DNA of 48,830 nucleotides from Corallococcus sp. AB045 (GTDB lineage Bacteria; Myxococcota; Myxococcia; Myxococcales; Myxococcaceae): NCBI RefSeq assembly GCF_003668895.1, contig NZ_RAWN01000061.1, positions 1 to 48,830 of the forward strand, read 5' to 3'. Shown piece by piece: positions 17,294 to 25,700 of this stretch (position 1 is its first letter; each line of letters starts with the position of its first letter). The notes under the pieces were generated by a model. It saw only the letters and a program-made list of their open reading frames with translations, ran no database searches and was not told where the DNA came from. The position numbers and the translations under genes were made by a program.

Positions 17294-18501
17294 GCGAAGC
17301 AAGAGACGACCTCTTCGTGGTGGCCGCGCTGCTCACGGAGCTGGACCGGGTGCTCCATCCCCTGGAGCGGGGAGAGCGCGGAGACTTCAAGGTGGATCCG
17401 CCGCTGCCACCGTCCCTGCCAACGCCGGGTGCGCGGAGGCGGGAAGGGGAGTCAGGCCGAGCGGTGAAGACCGCGTCGCCCCCGTCGGGCCCCAGGTCCA
17501 TGGGGTTCACCGAGCCAGAGGACGTGACGCCACCCGTGCTCAAGCGCCCTGTGCGGGTCGAAGCCCCGGCCGTAACGGACCCCATCGCCCCCATCCGCCG
17601 TCGCGTTCCCCGGCCTGGCGGTACGTCGGCGCAGCCAGGGGAATCACGGCCGTCGGTCGAACCCGTGACCCGGATCCAGGACGGGCAACCGCCTCCCACA
17701 CTCGCGCTCCCCATTGTCCCCGGCGCCCCAGAGCTGCCGTCGGAGGTCGCGGAGCCACGACCCCCTCGTGCTCGCACCCAAGCCCTGGAGGTCCCTTCAC
17801 AACAAGGCGACCATCCCGAACCTCAAAGCCAGAAGGCCGCTGAGGCCCCTCCCGTTGTCGAAGCACGCGTGAAGGCTCCAAGTCCGCGAAGGAGCAGGGT
17901 GCCTGGACCCGCCGTGGAGAAGAACACCGAACCCCCACGGATCCGCGCACGGGTCCCGGAGTCCCCAACACGTCGCCATCGTGTCGCGCGCGCCACCACA
18001 CAAGCGCCACCACAGGATTCCCCAGTGGAGCCAAGGGAGACGTCCGCACAGGCATCGCCACGGAGGAGAAGCTCACCCCGAGCCCTTGCCCTACCGCCGG
18101 CACCGGGCACCCGAAAAGCACCACCGTTCCAGGAGGAGTTCGGGCCACGTCGTCACGACAGCCCTGAATCACGGACTCCGCGTCCTTCCCAATCGGAGGA
18201 ACGGGGAGAGTCCATGCTCGCCCCAGCACGGGGCACGAAGCACACCGCACCAGGGCCGGTGCACATCGAAGTGAAGACGTTGCTTCCTCCGCCGCGAGTC
18301 GAAGCACCGCCACGAGCCGGAGCCCCGGATGAAGAACCTGTGTGGGAAGAAGCACCGGGATACGAACTGGAAACCATTACACGGGCCTTCTTCGTGAACG
18401 GCCGCCGCCTCACGGCGAAGGACTCCGAAGCGCTCCAGCAAGCAGAACAGCGACTGCGGCGCCGGATGACCGGCCGCTCGCTGTGGAGGAGGCGAGGATG
18501 A
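17290..18501 (+). CDS. Proline-rich, largely disordered protein (403 aa) with a short structured N- and C-terminus.
   Basis: ATG 17290 is in ATGA overlap with the upstream stop. The protein lies inside six-frame ORF 15826..18501 (MSEARDDLFVVAALLTELDRV...). The middle roughly 300 aa are Pro/Arg/Glu/Ser-rich low complexity. The stop overlaps the next start (ATGA 18498-18501). Confidence 0.55.
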   Translation: MSEARDDLFVVAALLTELDRVLHPLERGERGDFKVDPPLPPSLPTPGARRREGESGRAVKTASPPSGPRSMGFTEPEDVTPPVLKRPVRVEAPAVTDPIAPIRRRVPRPGGTSAQPGESRPSVEPVTRIQDGQPPPTLALPIVPGAPELPSEVAEPRPPRARTQALEVPSQQGDHPEPQSQKAAEAPPVVEARVKAPSPRRSRVPGPAVEKNTEPPRIRARVPESPTRRHRVARATTQAPPQDSPVEPRETSAQASPRRRSSPRALALPPAPGTRKAPPFQEEFGPRRHDSPESRTPRPSQSEERGESMLAPARGTKHTAPGPVHIEVKTLLPPPRVEAPPRAGAPDEEPVWEEAPGYELETITRAFFVNGRRLTAKDSEALQQAEQRLRRRMTGRSLWRRRG

Positions 18502-19229
18502 GCGCACTTCCTCCAAGACAGCGATTGGGCCACCTGGTGCGTTCCCTCTCGAAACACCTCCCGGGCCAGCTCGACGGCCTGTTGGAGAACGCTCGGTTCC
18601 AGGACGGCGCCGCGGCGCTCCAACGGCTGGCGGACCCGGCGCACGTGGAGAAGGCCCTGGCACGCATGTCGCCAGAAGAAGCCGGCTGGCTCGCGGACCT
18701 GCTTGCCGAGCGCTGGTCATGGATCGCGGACGTCCAACTGGATCCCGAAGTGGCCATCGTCGCGCCGGACGAACTCTGGGTAGGCGCGGAGCCCATCCGC
18801 CTGCCGTTGTCGCTCGCGGCGGTGGGACTGGACGAAGGGTTCGAAGCCGTCTGGGAAGGCGCGGTGCTCCCAGGTCCACCCGCGTCCAGTGCCACGCTCC
18901 TCGCGAGGCCTCCCGAAGGCAAGGCCCCCGGAATCGCCCGGGTTCGGGCCCAGGTCCGCGCGAGCGTGAAGGGCCAGCGCTGCGTGCTCATCGCGCAGGC
19001 GCAGGTCGCGCTGAGGAGACCGTCGGTGGTGGTGAGCGACGACCGGCGCAGGCTCCTGGCCCAGGACCACACGGGGCGCCCGGCGGTGGGCTGCCGTCTG
19101 GAGATCGGCCCGGACACCCACGTGACCGGCACGGGAGGCCTGGTCGAGCTGGAAGTCCCAGCCCAGCCCGGCGCATCGCTCAAGCTGGAAGGCATCCCCG
19201 CCGGCCGCATTCCAGGAGGCAATCCATGA
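18498..19229 (+). CDS. Hypothetical protein (243 aa).
   Basis: ATG 18498 is coupled to the upstream stop. It is in frame with ORF 18342..19229. The stop overlaps the next start (ATGA 19226-19229). Confidence 0.55.
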   Translation: MSALPPRQRLGHLVRSLSKHLPGQLDGLLENARFQDGAAALQRLADPAHVEKALARMSPEEAGWLADLLAERWSWIADVQLDPEVAIVAPDELWVGAEPIRLPLSLAAVGLDEGFEAVWEGAVLPGPPASSATLLARPPEGKAPGIARVRAQVRASVKGQRCVLIAQAQVALRRPSVVVSDDRRRLLAQDHTGRPAVGCRLEIGPDTHVTGTGGLVELEVPAQPGASLKLEGIPAGRIPGGNP

Positions 19230-19447
19230 AGACAATGACGCCCCAGACGCGGAAGACGCCCGACCGCAAGCCCGCCATGAACAAGGCCATCGCGCCCTCG
19301 CAGCAGCCCAAGACGGACACAGCCAGGGCCCAGCTGGGAGCCGCGGCCAAGGGGCCCACGATGAAGGCCGCGGCCGGTGGCAGCTTCAAGGCGAAGAGCG
19401 CGCCCCGGGTCGCGGCGAACCCCAGCATCCGGATGCCGAAGAAGTAG
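19226..19447 (+). CDS. Small basic Ala/Lys-rich protein (73 aa). It is the last gene of the plus-strand operon.
   Basis: ATG 19226 has AGGAGG 7 nt upstream and ATGA overlap with the previous stop. It is in frame with ORF 18719..19447. Confidence 0.45.
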   Translation: MKTMTPQTRKTPDRKPAMNKAIAPSQQPKTDTARAQLGAAAKGPTMKAAAGGSFKAKSAPRVAANPSIRMPKK

Positions 19448-19488
19448 CGCGACCGACTCGACGGACGAGACCGGTGGTCGGTGGCACC

Positions 19489-19820
19489 GAGGGGGAGGGG
19501 GCCCTGCCGGCTGCGGCCGCGGGAAACCTGTCCGACAGTCGGACAGGTTTGAGGAGCTTCGTCCCCGGAGGTGGCTGCCAGCCTGAAACTCCTCGACTTG
19601 GGGTGAGGGGGCCCTGCCGGTTGCGGCCTCGGGAAACCTGTCCGACAGTCGGACAGGTTTGAGGAGCTTCGTCCCCGGAGGTGGCTGCCAGCCTGAAGCT
19701 CCTCGACTTGGGGTGAGGGGGCCCTGCCGGTTGCGGCCTCGGGAAACCTGTCCGACAGTCGGACAGGTTTGAGGAGCTTCGTCCCCGGAGGTGGCTGCCA
19801 GCCTGAAGCTCCCCGACTTC
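19489..19820. repeat. Tandem direct repeat, 3 x 110 bp. Each unit contains a perfect 27-bp palindrome AAACCTGTCCGAC-A-GTCGGACAGGTTT and a second inverted repeat GAGGAGCTTC...(24 nt)...GAAGCTCCTC.
   Basis: Units start near 19491, 19601 and 19711. The palindromes sit at 19524, 19634 and 19744, so the period is exactly 110. There are only a few SNPs between units and no unique spacers. The array lies in the convergent intergenic gap between the plus operon (stop 19447) and the minus operon (stop 19879). Confidence 0.9.
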
Positions 19821-19878
19821 CCAGGGGGCCCCAGCTTCGTGAGCGGCAGACCTGGCGTCCTCGAGCTGCCAGTCAGCT

Positions 19879-21393
19879 TCAAGAGGCCATCACCCATCGG
19901 ACGGCGCCCACCGCCGCCGCCACCTCGCGGCGCGAAGCGCACAGCGGCTGTTCCCGTCCCCCGCACAGCAGGCCTTCCCGCGCCCACTGCGGAAGCGAAG
20001 CCACGAGCTTCTCCACGCCCCAGGGCGAAGCCCGCGAAGCCCCATCGTCCCGCATCGAATTGCCCCACGGGAACAGCCGCCCGTCCGGCCCGCGGGCAGC
20101 CATCTCCCATTCCTCGCTGGAAGGCAGCCGCAGCTCCACGCCCTCAATGCGCGACAGCGCCGAGCACACCTGCTCCGCCTCCACGAGAGTGCAGGGCAGC
20201 GGCTCCTCCGCGTCCGGCCCCGCCGTACCCACCGGCCCCTGCGAAGCCGCCATCGCCCAGGCCGCCGCGGCCCGGCTCACGGGCACCCGAGCGACGAAGA
20301 ACCCCGGTGACGTCACGCGCCGCAGCGTCGGCTCCGTCCCCAGCCAGTGCTCCACCGGAGGCACCCAGCGCGCCTCCAACCCGGAGCGGCGCAGCCGGTA
20401 TGTGCCTTCCCGCTCCACCACCGCTTCGGGCAGCCCCACCGGACGCGGCCCCGGATCCACCGGCGTCGTGAGCGCATGCAGCAGCAGCGTGGGATCGTCC
20501 CGCACGTCCGCGGGACCCGACAGCGCGCGCAAGAGCGGAGCCATCCGCTCACGCTTCGGTGAACCCTCCGGAGGCAGCGGCCGGCCCGCGAGCACCTGGG
20601 CCACCAGGTCCCGCAGGTTCGAATAGAACTGCCGGTCCCTCGGGTCCGCGCCCTCCCGTGTCGACGTGGGCATCCGGGCCGCGCGCAGCGCCGGCAGCAC
20701 CTCCCTCGCCTGGAGCCGTGCCGCCGCCATCACCGCCGTCACCCGCACCTCCGCGTCCGTGTCCACCAGCGCGGAGCGCAGCACCGCGTCGATGTCCGGA
20801 TTCGACGCCGCCTGATCCTGGATGAGCCAGCGCAACACCTGCCGCCGCTGCTCCTCCCCCGGCAGGTGCGCGAACAGCACGGAGCGATCCGGATGCGCCT
20901 CCTTCTCCGCCTTCAGCCGCGCGAACGCCTCCTCCGTCCCGTCCGGCACCAGCGACGCCAGCACGCGCTCCGCGGTCCGCGACACGCTGAACTCCGGATG
21001 GAAGCGCAGCGCCGCCACGCGCTCCATCGACGAGCGCTCCCGCAGCGCCTCCGTGGCCAGCAACCCCAGCAGCACCTCCCGCGTCTCCGACGACGTCAGC
21101 AGCGCCGCGAGCGCCGGGGCCTCCAGCACCGGCACCACCTTGCGCACGGCCACCCATTCCCCCACCGCGTCAGGTCCGGAGAACTCGAGCACCCGCAGCC
21201 GGAGCACCGGGTTGAACGTGTAGTGGAGCGCCAGGTCCGTCGCGCGCTTCACATACACCGCGGACTCCGGCTCGCCGGGGATGAGCGGAGGCGTCTGGCT
21301 TTCGGACTGGAGGAACCAGCCCAACGCGGACAGCACCCGGTCCATCGCCTCGAAGGAAACCTCCGGCCGCGCGACGAGGGCAGGGGAGTGCAT
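19879..21393 (-). CDS. HEAT-like repeat protein with a C-terminal formylglycine-generating-enzyme (FGE/SUMF1)-type domain (504 aa).
   Basis: C-terminus RLPSSEEWEMAARGPDGRLFPWGN matches the FGE-sulfatase signature (LPTEAEWEYAARG...YPWGN). The N-terminal 350 aa is helical-repeat-like. It is the last gene of the minus-strand operon. Confidence 0.7.
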   Translation of the reverse strand: MHSPALVARPEVSFEAMDRVLSALGWFLQSESQTPPLIPGEPESAVYVKRATDLALHYTFNPVLRLRVLEFSGPDAVGEWVAVRKVVPVLEAPALAALLTSSETREVLLGLLATEALRERSSMERVAALRFHPEFSVSRTAERVLASLVPDGTEEAFARLKAEKEAHPDRSVLFAHLPGEEQRRQVLRWLIQDQAASNPDIDAVLRSALVDTDAEVRVTAVMAAARLQAREVLPALRAARMPTSTREGADPRDRQFYSNLRDLVAQVLAGRPLPPEGSPKRERMAPLLRALSGPADVRDDPTLLLHALTTPVDPGPRPVGLPEAVVEREGTYRLRRSGLEARWVPPVEHWLGTEPTLRRVTSPGFFVARVPVSRAAAAWAMAASQGPVGTAGPDAEEPLPCTLVEAEQVCSALSRIEGVELRLPSSEEWEMAARGPDGRLFPWGNSMRDDGASRASPWGVEKLVASLPQWAREGLLCGGREQPLCASRREVAAAVGAVRWVMAS

Positions 21394-22178
21394 CAGGCCG
21401 GCTTCACGCGCGCATGCAGGGACTCACCCACCCGCGCCACCGGCCGCCCCTCCAGGCCCGCGAAGTACGCGCGCGCCGCCCAGAGGAGGTCCTTCCACTC
21501 CAGCGTGCTCGCCGCCGCCTTCAGGGGAAAGGCCTCCACGAACGTCTCCCACGCCGGGCGCACGTCCCGGGCCGGGGCCTTCCGCAGCCGCGCCGTCGCC
21601 AGGTAGCGCACGAAGCCCTGGACGTTGAACCCGAACGTCTGCCCCGGCGTGAAGTCCTGGGTCAGCTTCCCGCCGCCCACGAACCGGGCCGCCAGCTCCG
21701 GCGGCCCCAGCGCCAGCGCCACCAGTCCACACCGGTACGCCAGCTCCTCGTGCAGCGTCCGGCGCACCTTCATCAGCGCCTCCAGCCACGCCTCCACGGG
21801 CGAGCTCGCCAGCAGTCCCTCCAGCACGCCCGCGCACTCCTGTGCGTTCACGAACGACAGCACGTTGACGACCTCTTCGGGCCGCAGGTCGTCGAAGTCC
21901 TCCGCGACCTGCTGGAGCGCGGGCCCGGCCAGCCGCGACAGGGGCTCCGCCAGCGCCCGGCTCTCCGTGGGGTCGCACAGCACCAGCGCCACGCCGAGCG
22001 TGTTGCACAGGGACCCCGCCTCGCGCGCGGGGAGGTTCACGTTCTTCAGCGCGGAGGGCGTCACGAGCGTCAGGAACTCCTTCGCGTCCGCGCCTTCACG
22101 GCCGCCCGCGAAGAGCGCGCTCCAGGTGGTGGGGGGATTGTCCGGTTGATCCGCCATGCGTCCTCCGTCGCCCGTCAT
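21393..22178 (-). CDS. Hypothetical protein (261 aa).
   Basis: ORF with protein-like composition. Its stop overlaps the start of the downstream gene by 1 nt and its start overlaps the upstream stop (ATGA). No recognisable motif. Confidence 0.5.
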   Translation of the reverse strand: MTGDGGRMADQPDNPPTTWSALFAGGREGADAKEFLTLVTPSALKNVNLPAREAGSLCNTLGVALVLCDPTESRALAEPLSRLAGPALQQVAEDFDDLRPEEVVNVLSFVNAQECAGVLEGLLASSPVEAWLEALMKVRRTLHEELAYRCGLVALALGPPELAARFVGGGKLTQDFTPGQTFGFNVQGFVRYLATARLRKAPARDVRPAWETFVEAFPLKAAASTLEWKDLLWAARAYFAGLEGRPVARVGESLHARVKPA

Positions 22179-22702
22179 CGCTGCTTCTGGCGCTTCTCGA
22201 AGATCGCGAGGTGGCGCTCCCGCCGCGCGCGGTACACATCCTTGACGTGCTCCGCGGCCTGCCGCAACCGCTCAGGAAGCTCACCGTTCTCCATCCGTGC
22301 CTGGAGCTTCGGCAGGAAGCGGGACACGGCCTGCACGCGCGGGTTCTTGCGCCGCGCCAGCCGCTCCGCGTTGTCCTTTTCCCACGCCGCGAAGTCCAGC
22401 CCTTGCGCCAGCTCCACCAGCGCGTCGACGTCCTTCTCCGTCAGCGTGAACTCCTCCAGATAGTCCTCGGGCTTCCCGTAGGCCTTCACCTCATCCGGAA
22501 AGCCCGCGGCGAGCAGCACCAGGCCCTTGGCCTCGCCCTCACCCAGCGCGCCAATCGTCTTGAGCGGCGTGTCGCAGTACGGGCACGCGTCCGGGTCGGG
22601 CTGCACGACCGTGTCGCGCTTCGTGACCACCAGCTTCTGGTGCACGGTGAACTTCGAGCCGCACACGTAGCAGGTGACTGTCCTCGACGGAGCACCACGC
22701 AT
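22175..22702 (-). CDS. Zinc-ribbon protein (175 aa) with CxxC...CxxC at the N-terminus and a charged helical C-terminus.
   Basis: ATG 22702 has GAGGAAG upstream. Motif TCYVCGSKF...ACPYCDTPL. It lies 12 nt downstream of the giant gene. Confidence 0.55.
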   Translation of the reverse strand: MRGAPSRTVTCYVCGSKFTVHQKLVVTKRDTVVQPDPDACPYCDTPLKTIGALGEGEAKGLVLLAAGFPDEVKAYGKPEDYLEEFTLTEKDVDALVELAQGLDFAAWEKDNAERLARRKNPRVQAVSRFLPKLQARMENGELPERLRQAAEHVKDVYRARRERHLAIFEKRQKQR

Positions 22703-22714
22703 GGCTTCTCTTCC

Positions 22715-25700
22715 TCAAGGGGGCCATCGCCCCGGGAGCAGATCGATGAGACGGCGGCCAAAGGTCTCCGCGTCCACCTCGATGGGTTGTGAATAGTAGC
22801 GCGGGCCCGCGATGTGGTACGTGCCGCCGGAGCCGGGAAGGTTGCCCGCCCACAGCGCCGCGAGCGGATGCGCCTGGCGCCGGAGCGACAGCTGGTAGGC
22901 CTGATAGGCCTGATAGTAGTGCCGGGTCTCGTGGACGATGGTGCCTACCGCTTCGCCCACCGTCAGCCCCTTCGCGATGACCAGCTGGCCCCGCTTCCGG
23001 TACGGCTTCAGCCGTCCGCCCTTGAGGCGCCGGAAGTTCCAGCTCATGTAGCCATAGTCCCCGCGCAGGCGCTTGAAGAGGACCTCCGGCCGCCGCGACT
23101 TCGGGATGCCCAGCGCCTCCATGGTGGCCTCCGCCGCCTCGCGCAGCGCCAGCTCCTTTTCCAGGGGCGGCAGCGCGTTGAAGCGCTTGGGGTCGAGTTC
23201 TGGAATCTGCACGAGCCGGTCGCGGATGTCGCGCAGCTGCGCGCGCTCGAAGGCCTGGAGCTTCCGCGTCTTCCATTGGAGGGACTCGGTGATGTCGAAG
23301 TCTCCCCACCCCAGCACCCGGCCGCCCGCGATCCGATTGCGGACCCGTTTGGTTTCGTCCAGCCCCGTGACGACATCCACCACGTCTTCGACCGAGGCGG
23401 TCTTGACGGGGGGAGGGGGCATGAACTTCTCGTCGATCCGGACGATGGTGCCCGCGACCTCGTTGGGATCCAGGCCGCGCATCATGGGAGGCCGGGGGTC
23501 GAGCTCGATGCCATGCTTCGCGAAGAGCCCCTCGCCGGGCGTGGCGCCGTTCACGATGGCCTCGATCCGGTCGAAGGCCCGGTCCGCGATGTCGACGTTC
23601 CCCGACTTGAGCGCCGTCCTGAGGTCGGCCTTGAGCCGCTTGACGAGCGCCAGGTCCTCCGCGCCCGGTGGCAGATGCTGGGTGAGCAGGTCCAGCTCGC
23701 GCCAGGCGCTCGCCGCCCGCTCGATGCGCTTGGACAGCAGCTGGGGGGGCATCTCCGTCTTGGGCCCGATGCGCACCTCGATTCTCACCCGCCACGCGTC
23801 CAGGGCGTCCCTGACCACCGCGGCGTGCCTCGGGCTCAGCTGTTGGCTGCGCCTCCAGTTGGGGTCGTCCAGCGCAGCGCGAAGCTGCTTCAGGTTGCCG
23901 GGCAGGTTCTCGCCGGTGGAGGTGAACTTGCGGAACCGGGGTTCGTCCTTGCCCCCCTTGACCTCCATGATGTGGACGTCCGCCTTGGTGGGATTGACGC
24001 CATCGTCGAACTGGAAGAGCAGCTCGTCGAAGCCGCTGTCCTGCTTGCCCTTGGGCTTGAAGGTGACGCGCTGGAACTCCTTGCCCGGCCCCAGCCGGTC
24101 GCCCAGGTTCGCCTCGGTCATCCGCAGGGAGGCGACCTTCTCCAGTTCGTTTCCCTCCCTCCGGGCGAATTCGCCGCGCGTCTCCCAGCGGTTGCCCGAG
24201 CGGGCGGAGAGGATCTCCTCGAAGAGGTGCTTCTCGCCGTTCGTGTCGGTCTTCTCGACCAGGCGGTAGTAGCGCCGTTCGTACACGCGGCCCTTCTTGA
24301 CGAACTTCAGCTCCTCCCAGGCTGGTCCCACCTGGGCCAGCGTCTCCCCCGGGTTGAGCTTCTGGGTGGTGCGCTTGAGCAGCTTCCCCGTCAGCGGCGT
24401 GCGCTCCACCAGGCCAATCCTCGGGTCATTCAGGTCGGGACGCTGGAGGGAGAACGGGCCCACGTCTTCGTTCGGGTGCACGTCGAACGTCTGGGGCCAG
24501 TCGCCCTCGGCCAGCGCGCCCTTCGGCACCTCGGGTTCGCCGGTGGGCTTGGGCGCCTCCACCGCTGGCGGCTTCGTCTCCGGAACGACCACCTCCGGTG
24601 GCTTCTCCGCGGGGAACCCCATCTCCAGCTGCCTGGGCGTCGGAACCTCCGGCTCCGGCGGCTTCACCGGCTTCGCCGCATGGAACTCCATCTCCAGCTG
24701 CCGGGCCCCCTCCACCTCCGGCGGCTTTCCCTCCGGAGCCAGCGGAGCCTCGGGCGGCTTCTTCTTGCCGAACAGCCGCGGCGGCTCATTCAGGTACTGA
24801 GGCTTCGAGCGCACGCCCTGGCCGAACTCCGCCATCTCCACCGGCGTGAACGCATCCACCTCCTTCATCCGCTGGCGCAGGTTCGCCAGCGTCTTCTCTC
24901 CCTGCCGGATCCGGCGCGTGGCCTCCGCGGGCTCCAGGGTCACGCCGCGCTTGCCCTCCAGCGACGTGAGCAGCGACTCCTGAGCCGCGATCTCCAGGCG
25001 CAGCTTCTTGCGATAGAGCTCGAACTGCTTCTCGATGGGCAGCTGGTCCCAGTGTCGCAGCGCCGTTTCGTCCAGCGACCTGACCAGCTCGCGCGTCGCC
25101 TTGTCGTGGCGCTGGAGCAGGTGCAGGCCCTCCTCACCCAGGTCGGACAGGTCCGCGCCCGCCTTGATGATGATGGTGGGCTTGCCGCGCCGGAACATCG
25201 TGACGGCCTGCGCGGACTTGCTGCCGGTGAGCGACTCGAAGTCACCCTCGGAGAGCATCTCGATGGGCGTGTTCGCGAACGCTTTGCGCTGCGCGGGCGG
25301 GATGTGCTCGAGCAGCTCCTTGCGCATCGCGCGCTGGAGCTGCTGCCGGTCGAAGTCGCCCGACATCTGCTTGAGCAGGCCGTCGTCGAACTCGCGCAGG
25401 AACTCCTTCATGTCCCCGGCGGGGTTCTCCGCCTTCCACTTCTTGAAGAGGGTCAGCCGCTCCTTGGGCGTGCCCCGGAAGTGGAGCAGGTCCTGGGTTC
25501 GAGGTGGCACGTGGGGCTTGGAGATGCCGCCCAGCGCGCCCAGCCCTCCGGCCATCACCGCGCCCGGCGCCGCCTGCATCGCGGTGCCGGCCAGCACGTT
25601 GAAGAGCGCGTTGCCGCCCTTGTAGTTCTCGTCGTTGAGGACGTTGCCCAGGAACGCGGAGGGCACCGCCTGCGCCAGGCCTTCCGCGCCCTGGGCCAGG

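Noticed and set aside
19489-19820. CRISPR array.
   Set aside because: The 110-bp units are contiguous, near-identical copies of one sequence. There are no unique spacers between short repeats and no cas genes.
19474-20626. Six-frame ORFs 19474..19662 and 19769..20626 running through the tandem repeats.
   Set aside because: They are generated by the repeat itself and by antisense of the HEAT/FGE gene. There is no RBS and the composition is junk.
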